From an uncultured Verrucomicrobiae bacterium (GTDB lineage: Bacteria > Verrucomicrobiota > Verrucomicrobiia > Chthoniobacterales > UBA10450): a DNA stretch of 64,000 bases. Positions 51,315-63,354 of the stretch are shown one piece after another (position 1 is the stretch's first letter; every line of letters starts with the position of its first letter). A program made the position numbers and the translations under genes. Location: positions 800,001 through 864,000 of the forward strand of contig CAVYXA010000001.1 in the NCBI GenBank assembly GCA_963772365.1, given 5' to 3'. Below the pieces are notes generated by a model. The model searched no databases. It was not told the origin of the DNA and saw only the letters and a list, made by a program, of their open reading frames with translations.

Positions 51315-52173
51315 TCACGAAGCATTTTTCTTATCTTGCGTCGCATCCAGGAATAATCGCTCGAGAGTCGTTGTCGAGCTTCGCTGTTCGACCAGTCGGG
51401 CATTCGATTCCCGGGCCAGATCGTCGATCTTTCGAACCAGATCTTCAGAGGCGTTCTCGAGGACCAGGTCGGTCCGGTTTTCGATGGCGATCAATTCCTC
51501 GAGACGGCCTTCGCGCACCAGCACTCCATTGGCGAGAATACCGACACGGTCGCAAATCTCCTGCGCTTGCGCGAGCAAATGTGACGAGAACAGCACGGTC
51601 ATTCCACGCCGTTTTAGATCGACAATCAGGTGGCGAATGGCGCGTGAACCCGCCGGATCGACACCTGCAGTCGGTTCGTCGAGCACGACGAGCTTCGGAT
51701 CATTGATCAGCGCCTGAGCCAATCCAATCCTCTGGAGCATTCCTTTGGAATACGTGGCGAGCCGCCGGTCTTTAGCGTCCGTTAGCCCAACCAGCTCGAG
51801 CAGTTCGTCGATGCGTTTCCTCAAACGGTCGCGACTTAATCCGCAAAGTTTGCCGAAAAAGCGCAGCGTCTCTTCGCCAGTGAGGTACTTGTAAAAATAG
51901 GGATTCTCCGGCAGGAAACCCACGGCCTGGCGGCTTTGGACCGAGCGGCTGTCGCGCCCGAAAATCTCAGTGACGCCCGCGTGTAGCCGAGACCAGGCCG
52001 AGAATGATTTTGAGCGTGGTGCTCTTGCCTGATCCGTTAGGCCCAAGCAAACCGTAAACTTCGCCCGGATCGACCCGAAGATCGAGATCGCGCACCGCGA
52101 CAACCCCTTGCCTGCGGAACGGCATCGGGAAGACTTTGGTCAAGCCCATCACCCTGACGGCGGCGGCGTCCAC
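51315..52173 (-). CDS. ABC transporter ATP-binding protein (frameshift near 51985)
   Basis: [25 protein letters not shown]. Confidence 0.93.
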
Positions 52174-52198
52174 TTTCGTATCGCTCCGGCGCGACCAG

Positions 52199-52474
52199 TT
52201 AATCATGGCGAATTTCAAACCCGTGCGTGCTGACCGGTTGAGGTAATTCCGATTCCGTTTGTTTCCTGATGAACCCGTGAAGCTCGCCCGTAGCGATGGC
52301 ATCGAGAAAGGCGCGCACTTCATCGTCCTGCCCGGCGACCTGCAGTTCGACGCGTCCATCGATCAGATTGCGCACCCAGCCGTTGACGTCGAATCCCTTT
52401 GCGATGTGGCGCACACTCCAGCGAAAACCCACGCCCTGCACAGTTCCTTCGTAGAAAACCTGGAGCGAAATCAT
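52199..52474 (-). CDS. acyP: Acylphosphatase
   Basis: [19 protein letters not shown]. Confidence 0.93.
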   Translation of the reverse strand: MISLQVFYEGTVQGVGFRWSVRHIAKGFDVNGWVRNLIDGRVELQVAGQDDEVRAFLDAIATGELHGFIRKQTESELPQPVSTHGFEIRHD

Positions 52475-52560
52475 TTACGAGCTGTCAATGGCGAGCGAAA
52501 ATAATGTCGCGGGATTCTTCGACTCCGCTTCGATTCACTCAGGACCACACCATTTTCGGG

Positions 52561-52995
52561 TCACTTGTAAGAATAGACCAGGCAAAAACTGCTTTCCTGG
52601 CCATCAATCAAATCGACCGAGACGTAGTATTGACCGCTGCTGGTGGGAGAAAAGCCGGCGGCGGCTTTCTCACCGGAATTGTAATTGTCTGTGGTTACTT
52701 GTTTGCCGCTCTCATCATAGACATCGACCTGGATTTTTTTTGCCAGATCCGTGGCTCCGGCCGTAAACCAATATTGATTCCCGGCGTACAGATTTACCGC
52801 AATAAGAGCATGATCGTGCGGCTTGATCGTGCCACACCAGTGGCCATCGCGAATCTTGAATCCATCGTTCGTAAATGCGCCGGCCAGATCGAGCGCTGCT
52901 TTGCGCGCGTCGACTTCTGTATCGGTATCGGCAAGGCTAGAGAAATTGAAACCCAGCGTCAGGATCGACAACCAAACTGGTAACCAGCGCTTCAT
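52561..52995 (-). CDS. Hypothetical secreted protein
   Basis: Signal peptide; VNLYAGNQYWF; start chosen at MKRWLP. Confidence 0.7.
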   Translation of the reverse strand: MKRWLPVWLSILTLGFNFSSLADTDTEVDARKAALDLAGAFTNDGFKIRDGHWCGTIKPHDHALIAVNLYAGNQYWFTAGATDLAKKIQVDVYDESGKQVTTDNYNSGEKAAAGFSPTSSGQYYVSVDLIDGQESSFCLVYSYK

Positions 52996-53026
52996 TTGTT
53001 TTCGGACTTGGTCTGGATGGCGTCCA

Positions 53027-53806
53027 TCATTTTGCCGCCGCTTGATTGACCTTGCGCACCTCTTCCACCGAAGGCGCCTGTCCCGGTGGGAAGGATACGA
53101 GCTTCTCCATGTCGCCCAATTGTTCACTCACATTCTTGAGAAGCGGCTCGTTGCGAAGGTCCGGGGAAATATTTTCAATTTTCGATTGCATCAGGCTGAT
53201 AAGCGCCGGCTGCCGAAGGACCTTGGCGGCGCGCGGGTCGTAATCCTGCAAGATGGCCGAGCTCACAACCTGAGTCCCGCGGATCCATCCACCCAGACTC
53301 ACCAGAATCACCAAATCCTGATCACTGTGGGATTGCATCGAGGACTTCACTTCGTTCTGCGTCGCTTCGAGTTCCTCCTGCAAAGTATCCCAATCGTCGT
53401 CCTCAGCGAATTCGTTGATGCTGTTGCCGCGGCTGAGCAGGTTCTCGCTGACGCCAAGCGCTTTTGCCAGCTTGATGATATCGGAGCCGATATTTTTGAC
53501 CTGCTGGCTGTCTTTGGCTTCCACGGCGATGAATCCATCGGCAATGAGCCCGCCGAGATTCAGTGCGATTTGCGCGCGGTTGCGATACGTTGTCGGGATC
53601 GGCCCGCGATATTGACCTACCCAATTCGGTTTGCCCGGCTTTGAAAGCGCGGCAAAAAGCTCGCCCGGGGTCGGGATACTGATCGAATCAGTTTTGATTG
53701 CAGCCGCGAGCTGATTGGGCCCGAGCTGCGGAGTTTTTTCGGCACCGATCACTGTGCAAATCCCCGTGACTAAAATGATCGCGCCGATTCTGGCCGGACG
53801 ACTCAT
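53027..53806 (-). CDS. Hypothetical secreted helical protein (3' end possibly frameshifted)
   Basis: Signal peptide; IPTPGELF, ALNLGGLIADG, SLGGWIRG. Confidence 0.75.
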   Translation of the reverse strand: MSRPARIGAIILVTGICTVIGAEKTPQLGPNQLAAAIKTDSISIPTPGELFAALSKPGKPNWVGQYRGPIPTTYRNRAQIALNLGGLIADGFIAVEAKDSQQVKNIGSDIIKLAKALGVSENLLSRGNSINEFAEDDDWDTLQEELEATQNEVKSSMQSHSDQDLVILVSLGGWIRGTQVVSSAILQDYDPRAAKVLRQPALISLMQSKIENISPDLRNEPLLKNVSEQLGDMEKLVSFPPGQAPSVEEVRKVNQAAAK

Positions 53807-54033
53807 GCCCGAGATTATGCGTTGCCCCGGCAAAATTGCCAGCGGGAATGTCGGAGCCACAATAATGGCTTGTCTGCCGGAACAAGGCCTTGACCGTTCG
53901 CGATTTTGTGGGCGCCGTGGGATTACTGGCTTGGCGGCGACAATGCGTGAAAATGAACCATGGTAATAACTGCGGATTCCCATCCAATTTTTAATATTGA
54001 CTTCTACACATCGTCTGAAGTGCAATGAGGTTT

Positions 54034-54732
54034 ATGAAATCTACACGCTTGCGCCGAAAACACATTGCCCAAGTTTCTCAGGCTCGCTGGATTGCGTATG
54101 CAACTGCCGGAGCTGCCACCACCGTCGCCGGAGTCAATTCTGCCGATGCGACCATCCATTACTCCGGTGTAATAAATCAATTCGTGCAAGCGCCAAATTC
54201 TCAGTCCTCTACCGTATTCCATTTTAATCTGGCACCAGGAGCAAGCTTTAGCCCCTTTCAATTTAACGTCGGCTCGGGCTCTGGCATCGCTGCCATCGGG
54301 ATTCATGGAAATGTTAGCGGAGCGGTTAATGGTTTTCTATCAGGCTACCCATACGTTTCCCGGCTTGCATCTGGCGTGTATCCAGGCAGTCATGGATTCG
54401 TCACGCCTGGTTCCTCCGCCTTCTTCCCCGGTTACGGGACGCTAGCCTTCCGTGGCGGTTATTTTAACTCCCAGTGGCTGGCCGCAGGAACAGGTTTTGT
54501 CGGAATTCGGTTTAATACTGGCGCTGGCATTCAGTATGGCTGGGTCCGCTTGACCATGAACGGTGCGCCGGATAACAGCTTCACCATGGTTGATTACGCC
54601 TGGGCCGACGTAGGCGAAGCGATCAAAACTGGGGAAATTCCGGAGCCGGGCTCACTCGCTCTGCTCGCTGTTGGTGCGGTCGGATTACTCGCATGGCGGA
54701 GACAGCGCACCAAGGCGAACAAAGCAGCTTAA
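54034..54732 (+). CDS. PEP-CTERM surface protein, copy 1
   Basis: Long leader ARWIAYATAGAA..ADA, then TIHYSG, YGWVR, DYAW, IPEPGS + TM + WRR. Confidence 0.92.
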   Translation: MKSTRLRRKHIAQVSQARWIAYATAGAATTVAGVNSADATIHYSGVINQFVQAPNSQSSTVFHFNLAPGASFSPFQFNVGSGSGIAAIGIHGNVSGAVNGFLSGYPYVSRLASGVYPGSHGFVTPGSSAFFPGYGTLAFRGGYFNSQWLAAGTGFVGIRFNTGAGIQYGWVRLTMNGAPDNSFTMVDYAWADVGEAIKTGEIPEPGSLALLAVGAVGLLAWRRQRTKANKAA

Positions 54733-54751
54733 GTTCTGGCATCAACAAATT

Positions 54752-54790
54752 CACGAAAACCGAAAACCCGAAAGGTTTTCGGTTTTCGTG
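54752..54790 (+). terminator. Hairpin terminator
   Basis: CACGAAAACCGAAAACC-CGAAA-GGTTTTCGGTTTTCGTG. Confidence 0.8.
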
Positions 54791-54956
54791 CTTCTGATAC
54801 AGACGTCCTCTCCACCATCAACCAGCGTTCTGTTCCCGTTAATTCAGATCCCAAGTCAGCTGCTGTTTCTTGGCGCAGTGACTTCGCAAATGGCCCGATA
54901 AGAATTCCGATTTTTACCCTTGACATTCGGACAGCATTTGAGGTGGAATGAACGCC

Positions 54957-55655
54957 ATGAAAGCCATAACCTTGCGCCGAAAACCGATCGCCAACGTTTC
55001 TCAAGCTCGCTGGATTGCGTATGCAACCGCCGGAGCTGCCACAACCGTCGCCGGAGTCAATTCCGCCGATGCCACTATCCATTACTCGGGGGTGATTAAC
55101 CAAGTAGTGCATGGGCCAAATTCTCAGTCTTCCACCGTATTCCATTTTAATCTGGCACCCGGTGCAAGCTTTAGCCCGTTTCATTTTAACGTCGGCTCGG
55201 GCTCTGGCATCGCGGCCATGGGGATTTTTGGTCCCGTCAGCGGAATGCTTAACGGTTTCCTCTCGGGTTATCCTTATCTGTCCCGATTGGCAGCTGGCGT
55301 GAATCCAGCGAGTCATGGGTTTGTTAGTCCAGGCAGTTCGGCGTTTTTCCCCGGTTATGGGACCCTGGCTTTCCGTGGTGGCTATGGCAACGATCAATGG
55401 CTGGCGCCCGGCATCGGTTTTGTCGGCCTAAAATTTAACACCGGTGCTGGCGTGCAGTATGGCTGGGTGCGCTTAAATATGGATGGTTCGCCCGATAACG
55501 GCTACACTATGATTGACTACGCCTGGGCCGATCCTAATGAGACGATCCTGACCGGACAGATTCCGGAGCCGGGCTCGCTCGCTCTGCTTGCCGTTGGCGC
55601 AGTTGGACTGCTCGCCTGGCGGAAACATCGCGCAAAAGCGGAAAAGAATTCTTAG
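54957..55655 (+). CDS. PEP-CTERM surface protein, copy 2 (tandem paralog)
   Basis: Highly similar to copy 1 over its whole length. Confidence 0.92.
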   Translation: MKAITLRRKPIANVSQARWIAYATAGAATTVAGVNSADATIHYSGVINQVVHGPNSQSSTVFHFNLAPGASFSPFHFNVGSGSGIAAMGIFGPVSGMLNGFLSGYPYLSRLAAGVNPASHGFVSPGSSAFFPGYGTLAFRGGYGNDQWLAPGIGFVGLKFNTGAGVQYGWVRLNMDGSPDNGYTMIDYAWADPNETILTGQIPEPGSLALLAVGAVGLLAWRKHRAKAEKNS

Positions 55656-55676
55656 CTTCCACGTTTAACACGTTCG

Positions 55677-55718
55677 CGAAAACCGAAAACCCGAAAGGTT
55701 TTCGGTTTTCGTCGTTTT
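55677..55718 (+). terminator. Hairpin terminator with the same core as 54752
   Basis: CGAAAACCGAAAACCCGAAAGGTTTTCGGTTTTCG followed by a T-run. Confidence 0.8.
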
Positions 55719-55792
55719 TGGCACAAACGCCGCTTGCCCTTGACCAGCGTTCCATTCGCAGTTTTCAAATTCTAAATTAGTTTGTCGGGCTC

Positions 55793-58510
55793 ATGTCGGA
55801 TTCATCGGCGAAACGAAAAGTATTGCTCATCGGTTGGGACGCAGCGGATTGGGAAGTGATCACGCCTCTTCTAGAAGAGGGATTGATGCCTTCCTTGGAA
55901 GGGCTGATCAACCGTGGAGTAATGGGAAATCTGGCCACGCTTCAACCGATTCTCTCCCCGATGCTCTGGAACTCGGTCGCTACCGGTAAATACGCAGATA
56001 AACACGGCATTCACGGCTTCATTGAGCCCGATCCAAAAAATGGCGGTGCCCGGCCTTACACGAGCACATCGCGCAAGTGTAAAGCGCTCTGGAATATTCT
56101 CACTCAATCCGGCCTGCGCAGTAACATCGTCGGCTGGTGGGCCAGTCATCCCGCTGAGCCAATCCTCGGCAACGTCGTAACCAACGCGTTCGCCGGCGTA
56201 AAAATCGACCCGCAGCGTGGATGGATAGTTCCCCCGGGAACAGTGCATCCGCCGGACAAATCCCGGTTTCTGGCGCGATTTAAAGTTTTCCCGACCGAAC
56301 TGACCGAAGCGCACGTTCTGCCGTTTATTCCGAACGCCGCAAAGATTGATCAACAGGTCGACCCTAATTTGTCGATGTTCGTAAAAGTGCTTTCCGATGC
56401 GGCGACGATTCACGCCATCGCGACTGCCTTGATGGAAACGGATCCGGCGGATTTCACGGCGGTGTACTACGATGCAGTCGATCACTTTTCTCACGCATTC
56501 ATGCATTACCACCCGCCGAAGCTCCCATGGGTCAATGAGGAACAGTTCGAGATGTACAAGGAGGTCGTGCGCGGGGCTTATCGTTTTCATGACATGATGC
56601 TTGAGCGACTTCTGCAACTGGCCGGCCCGGACACAACTGTGATTCTCTGTTCCGATCATGGTTTTGAATCCGGTTCGCAGCGCCCTCATGGAATCCCGCG
56701 CGAACCGGCCGGCCCGGCAGCCTGGCATCGGCAATATGGAATTTTCGTCATGGCCGGTCCTGGAATCAAAAAGGACGAACGTATCTATGGCGCGAGCTTG
56801 ATCGACATTGCTCCGACAGTGTTAACACTTTTCGGCCTTCCAGTGGGCGAGGATATGGATGGACGACCATTACTCGAAGCTTTTGAGACGCCGCCAAACG
56901 TAGAAAAAATTCCGAGCTGGGAAGCGAAACCCGGCGAAGCCGGAATGCATCCGGCGGACAAACAGATAGACTCCGGTCAGGCGCAACAACTCATGCAGCA
57001 GTTCGCCGCCTTAGGCTACATCGACGATCCCGGCGCCGATAAAGAAAAGCAGGCAGAATCGGCGGAGATTGAAGCAAAATACAACATCTCGCGCACTTAC
57101 TTGTGGAAAAATCAGGCCGATCGCGCACAACCGTTGCTGGAGGAAATTGTGCGGCGGCGTCCGTGGGAAGATCGATTCCTTTATCAACTTGCAGCTTGTT
57201 ACCTTCAGGCTGGGTATTTGCGACAGGCTGAACGCGTGCTCTTGGCAATATTCGATGGCGGTGAGCCCGACAATGTGCCGGCGATGCTGACGCTGGCGAG
57301 AATTCGAATGGGGCGTCGGGATCTGCAGGGCGCATTTAAGTGTCTGACCGCAGCAGAAACGATGAGGATTTCATCTCCTGCCACGTACACACAAATCGGC
57401 CGCCTTTATGAGGACCTCGTCCAATTGGACAGCGCCCAGGCCGCTTACGAAAAAGCAATCGCGCTCGATCCCGATAATGCCCTTGCTTTTCAGGGTCTCT
57501 CGACTGTTTACCGCCGCAAAGGTTTAAATCAGGAAACTGTGGAAGCATCATTGCGTGCGGTCGGTTTGCTTCATCGATTGCCTCTTGCTCATTTCAATCT
57601 GGGAATTGCCATGGCTCGCGGCGGTCAGCCTGAACGAGCAATTGTTGCATTCGAAACGGCCCTTCGATTCGCGCCGCGCATGCACAACGCGCATCGTTAT
57701 CTCGCCACTTTGCACCGGACAAATGGCGGGGATGTCAAGAAGGCAGCCTTTCATCACGAAGAAGTGGCCAAACTCATCCGGTCTCGCCCGCGCACCAAAA
57801 CGCGGACCTACGATCGCAGTGAGAAGCTTTTCGATCTCCCGCCAATTCCGAAACGCGAAGAGCGATTAAAGATTCTGCTGAAAGAACGGCCCGACCCTAA
57901 AGAGACCGGCAAAAAATCAGGTAAAACTTTCATCCTGGTCTCGGGTCTCCCCCGTTCCGGCACATCTTTGATGATGCAAATGTTGGAAGCGGCGGGCGTA
58001 AACATTCTGACTGATCGGGAGCGCGCCGCCGATATCGACAATCCCAAGGGCTATTACGAATGGGAGCCGATCAAGCAAATCATGAAGAAACCTGAATTGC
58101 TTGACGAGGGAATCGATGGTTGCGCAATCAAGTGCGTCTCCATGCTTCTCCAGAGCATGCCTCTTAAGCACAACTATAAAGTCATCTTCATGACCCGCGC
58201 CATCGAGGAAGTGGTCGACTCGCAAAGCAAAATGATTGAGCGCCTTGGCACCAAGGGGGCTGGGATTGAGATCGAACAACTCCAGCGCGGTTTGGTTGCC
58301 CACCGTGATGAAATCCTCCGATGGCTTAAAAATGTGCCGCATATGGAGTTCATGGAAATAGATTATCCGGCGTTGGTTCGAGAGCCGTCAGTAATCATCC
58401 CGAAAATCGTCGAGTTTCTAGGCAAAGAGCGGCTTCCATCCGCTGAAAAAATGGCGACGCCGATCGATGCATCGTTGCATCGTAAAAGATCGACAAGCTC
58501 AAAAGAGTAA
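55793..58510 (+). CDS. AlkP/phosphodiesterase-TPR-sulfotransferase fusion
   Basis: AlkP motifs LIGWDAAD, SPMLWNSVATG, DHFSH and SDHG; TPR repeats; sulfotransferase PAPS loop SGLPRSGTSLMM. Confidence 0.88.
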   Translation: MSDSSAKRKVLLIGWDAADWEVITPLLEEGLMPSLEGLINRGVMGNLATLQPILSPMLWNSVATGKYADKHGIHGFIEPDPKNGGARPYTSTSRKCKALWNILTQSGLRSNIVGWWASHPAEPILGNVVTNAFAGVKIDPQRGWIVPPGTVHPPDKSRFLARFKVFPTELTEAHVLPFIPNAAKIDQQVDPNLSMFVKVLSDAATIHAIATALMETDPADFTAVYYDAVDHFSHAFMHYHPPKLPWVNEEQFEMYKEVVRGAYRFHDMMLERLLQLAGPDTTVILCSDHGFESGSQRPHGIPREPAGPAAWHRQYGIFVMAGPGIKKDERIYGASLIDIAPTVLTLFGLPVGEDMDGRPLLEAFETPPNVEKIPSWEAKPGEAGMHPADKQIDSGQAQQLMQQFAALGYIDDPGADKEKQAESAEIEAKYNISRTYLWKNQADRAQPLLEEIVRRRPWEDRFLYQLAACYLQAGYLRQAERVLLAIFDGGEPDNVPAMLTLARIRMGRRDLQGAFKCLTAAETMRISSPATYTQIGRLYEDLVQLDSAQAAYEKAIALDPDNALAFQGLSTVYRRKGLNQETVEASLRAVGLLHRLPLAHFNLGIAMARGGQPERAIVAFETALRFAPRMHNAHRYLATLHRTNGGDVKKAAFHHEEVAKLIRSRPRTKTRTYDRSEKLFDLPPIPKREERLKILLKERPDPKETGKKSGKTFILVSGLPRSGTSLMMQMLEAAGVNILTDRERAADIDNPKGYYEWEPIKQIMKKPELLDEGIDGCAIKCVSMLLQSMPLKHNYKVIFMTRAIEEVVDSQSKMIERLGTKGAGIEIEQLQRGLVAHRDEILRWLKNVPHMEFMEIDYPALVREPSVIIPKIVEFLGKERLPSAEKMATPIDASLHRKRSTSSKE

Positions 58511-58535
58511 AAGGCGATTTGCCTCAGTCTCGTAA

Positions 58536-59843
<1,308 letters not shown>

Positions 59844-59844
59844 C

Positions 59845-60177
59845 GTGGATCAGAGAGATTTCCGTGCCCGCCGCAACGCCACTGTTTGGCAAAGACTGAA
59901 TCGAATCCTCTTCATCCTCCTCTTCATCGCTGTCTGGCTCGGAATCATTAGCTTGTTCGTTCCGCCTTACAAACAGCTCAAGCAAAGCCGAGCCGAGATC
60001 GACAATTTGCAGGGCCAGGTAAACGAGCAGCAGACTTTGCTGGCGCGACAGACGCGCGAGGTAAATCTGCTTAAGACTGACGCGACCTATCTGGAAACAA
60101 TCGCCCGCGATAAGCTCGATTTAATGAAGGAAGGCGAAGTGATCTTCAGGATCGAGTCGAACAGGAAGCGGAAGTAA
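59845..60177 (+). CDS. Septum formation initiator (FtsB/DivIC family)
   Basis: One TM, coiled coil, YLETIARDKL..EGE; directly after eno. Confidence 0.85.
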   Translation: MDQRDFRARRNATVWQRLNRILFILLFIAVWLGIISLFVPPYKQLKQSRAEIDNLQGQVNEQQTLLARQTREVNLLKTDATYLETIARDKLDLMKEGEVIFRIESNRKRK

Positions 60178-60228
60178 CCTGCGTTATCGCGCCTTTGCGC
60201 AGACCCCGGCGGTCGGCTATCCTTTTGC

Positions 60229-61372
60229 ATGCCAACTGAAAGCTCCACTGTCGATGCGGAAGACTTAAAATCGCGCATGCGTGATTTGCGGAGGTTTCTT
60301 TGACGTCGAGAAGCTCGAGAAAGATCTGAGCACTATTGAGGCGCGCATGAGCGCCGCCGATTTTTGGTCGAATCGCGAACGCGCCCAGGGCGATGTCGAA
60401 CAAGTTTCCCGGCTGCGCTCTCTAATTAACCCGTTTCGCCAATTGGAACGCGAACTCGAGGATTTCGAGGCGCTTCATCAACTTGCAGCCGAAGAACCGA
60501 ACGAAACCCAGCGAGCGCAGGCCGAGCGTGAACTCACCACCGAACACGATCGACTGCTGCACAAGCTCGGAGAATTTGAGCTGCGTCAATTTCTTTCCGG
60601 TGAGAATGATCGTGCGAATGCGTTCCTGACGATTCATTCCGGCGCCGGCGGTACGGAATCGTGCGACTGGGCGGATATGCTTTTGCGCATGTATCAACGC
60701 TGGATCGAACGTAGCGGTTTCCAATCGCAGACGGTCGATATTCAACGTGGCGAAGAAGTCGGGATAAAATCAGTAACGCTGTTAGTGACCGGCGAGTATG
60801 CCTACGGTCATCTTCAAGCCGAACGCGGCGTGCACCGCCTCGTCAGGATTTCGCCATTCGATGCAAACAAACGACGGCACACCTCGTTTGCGAGTGTCGA
60901 TGTTGTTGCGGAAATCGCGGATACAACGCCCATCGGGATCAATCCCGCGGATATTGAGATCGACACTTTCCGCAGCGGTGGCAAAGGCGGACAGAACGTA
61001 AACAAAGTGGAAACGGCCGTGCGCATTTTGCATAAGCCCAGCGGAATCGTGGTGGCGTGTCAGGCCGAGCGCAGCCAGGGCCGCAATCGCGAGCTCGCCC
61101 TGAAGATGTTAAAGGCGAAACTTTACGAGCTGGAAGAAGACAAGAAACGCGCGGAGATGGATCGACAATACGGAGAAAAAGGTGAGATCGCCTGGGGCAG
61201 CCAGATTCGATCCTACGTTTTTCAGCCCTATCAAATGGTGAAGGACCACCGCACCGGCGCGGAAACCAGCAACGTGCAAGGGGTCATGGATGGCGACATC
61301 GACATGTTCATCCAGGCAAAATTGCGCGGCGAGAAATCGGCGAAGGGCGAAACGAGCGGAGACGAAATCTAG
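60229..61372 (+). CDS. prfB: Peptide chain release factor 2 with programmed +1 frameshift
   Basis: SPF and GGQ motifs; GGAGG-TTT-CTT-TGA-C at 60290-60304, in frame with ATG 60229. Confidence 0.97.
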
Positions 61373-62028
61373 ACAGAAGATAACAAAGGGAACGAAGAGC
61401 CATTCTTCAGCTTCTTTGCTGTCGTCGTTTCCTTCTGTTGAGATCCAACCAATTTCAGCCGAAACCGCGGGTCGAAATTTCCGCGATTATAAGTGCGACA
61501 ACACGCGAGACACGCGACCGGGCGACGGATACGCCGCACCCGGGCGAATTGTTCGCGACAATTTGGACAACGATATACGTAGCGCGCCACATATCGTTTG
61601 GTAGCAAAGGGCAGGTTGTGGCAGCGTTTCTCATCGTGAATTCCAAGATCGACACAGGCTTTACGCCATTCTTCACCGTGCGGTGAAATTCTTTTTCGTC
61701 CGGCGCGGAACTGCGCAAGCAAATGCGCCAGCTCGTGCCGCAGCGTGCGATCAACTTCGCCGAGATGATCGCGTAATCGCAAATTGAGCGAAATCAACAT
61801 CGATCCGTAATCCGCCCGACCGACGCAGGTTTTCAAACGCGAGTTCCATTGAATGCGAATCTTGTTCGCGATTCGCTCGGCACCATTGCTACGAAGAAGC
61901 TTTCGAGCAATCGATTGTAGGGCAACCGCTTCGGTTGCAATCCTCGCTGCCGGCAGGCGAGGCGCCTGCCCTACAACGGTGGCATTGTGATTTTCGAACC
62001 GCAGCTCTAGCTGTCTAAACAGCGGCAT
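61369..62028 (-). CDS. SprT-like zinc metalloprotease
   Basis: [13 protein letters not shown], CxxC..CxxC. Confidence 0.9.
   Translation of the reverse strand: MPLFRQLELRFENHNATVVGQAPRLPAARIATEAVALQSIARKLLRSNGAERIANKIRIQWNSRLKTCVGRADYGSMLISLNLRLRDHLGEVDRTLRHELAHLLAQFRAGRKRISPHGEEWRKACVDLGIHDEKRCHNLPFATKRYVARYVYRCPNCREQFARVRRIRRPVACLACCRTYNRGNFDPRFRLKLVGSQQKETTTAKKLKNGSSFPLLSSV
61915..61976. repeat. Family B element inside the SprT-like gene
   Basis: TTGTAGGGCAACCGCTTCGGTTGC...GGCAGGCGAGGCGCCTGCCCTACAA. Confidence 0.85.
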
Positions 62029-63296
62029 AATCGTTACGTTTCGCTTTCGCTAACCGATCGCAAATTCGCTCGATTGCCTCCGCCGCAGCTTCGATCTCCT
62101 TCTCCGTTGTCCATTTCCCGATCGAAAATCGGATGGCAGAACTGGCACATTCCATCGACAATCCCATCGCCAGCAGAACGTGAGATGCAACGACCGAACC
62201 GGCCATGCAGGCCGAGCCGCTCGACGCGCATACGCCTTCCAGATCTAGCGCCATTAGCATCGTTTCGGAATCGATTCCCGGGAAGCTTACGTTGAGCGTG
62301 TTCGTCAACCGTCGATCCAGATGGCCGTTCTGCATCGCATCTGGAAAAATCCTCGCAATGCGCTTCCACAATTCATCGCGCATTCTCTTCTCTTTCTCCT
62401 GCTCGTATCCTGCGGACGGACTCGCCGTGGTGAGCTTTCGCTCTTGGTTTATCCATCCTGCTGCCGCTGCCATTCCAGCGATTGCAGGAACGTTTTCCGT
62501 CCCAGGTCTCCGTTCGTTTTCGTGGGCGCCGCCAAACATGATCGGTTGGATCGACAAACCGCTGCGCAAGAAAAGCAGCCCAGCCCCTTTTGGTCCGTAA
62601 AATTTATGCGCGGCGAAACTGGCCGCATCGACGAGCGAGAGATCAACACCGTCATCCTGAGCGGAGCGCAGCGAAGTCGAAGGATCTCGTGGCCTTACGT
62701 TAAAGGTTTCATTACGGGATTCCTCGACTTCGTTCGGAATGACGGGGTTTAGCTTACCAAACGCTTGCACCATGTCGCTGTGAAACAGCACGCCTTTCGC
62801 TGCGGCAGATTTCTGAGATCTCGGAAATCGGTTGGATCACGCCCGTCTCGTTGTTCGCAGCCATGATCGAAACGAGTCGCGTCTCAGGACGAATTGAATC
62901 CGCCAGCTGATCGAGATCGACAATTCCGTCGGTCGAAAGATCGAGCCATGTCACTTCGAATTTTTCACGCTTCTCTAAATGCTCCAGCGTGTTGAGCACA
63001 GCATGATGCTCGGCCTTGTTCGAAATAACGTGATGACCAGAGGAGTGAGATCGCGCCAGGCCTAACACAGCGAGATTGCATGATTCCGTTCCGCCGCTTG
63101 TAAAAATGAGCTCAGACGGTTTAGCACCAAGCAACGCCGCCAGTTTGTCCCGAGCATCATCAATTGCCGCTCGCGCTTCGCGACCGGCTGCATGGACGCT
63201 GGACGGATTGCCAAAGTACTTCCCGAGATAGGGCATCATCGCCTCGCGCGCGGCATCGCACAGCGGAGTAGTCGCGTTGTAATCGAGATAAATCAC
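62015..63296 (-). CDS. iscS: Cysteine desulfurase IscS/NifS (frameshift near 62795; two repeat insertions)
   Basis: IYLDYNATT, TSGGTE, ANNETG, AHKFYGPKG, SSGSAC. Confidence 0.93.
62651..62743. repeat. Family A element, in-frame inside the cysteine desulfurase gene
   Basis: 93 bp, GTCATCCTGAGC...TTCGGAATGAC, 31 codons. Confidence 0.88.
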
Positions 63297-63354
63297 AAAC
63301 GCTTGCTCTTGCTCGGCGCGCCCGGCGGTCGCGCCCTACCATTCAATGGAGCGG

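Noticed and set aside
55793..57030. Formylglycine-dependent sulfatase
   Set aside because: No C/S-x-P-x-R motif; it fits the phosphodiesterase-type AlkP branch better.
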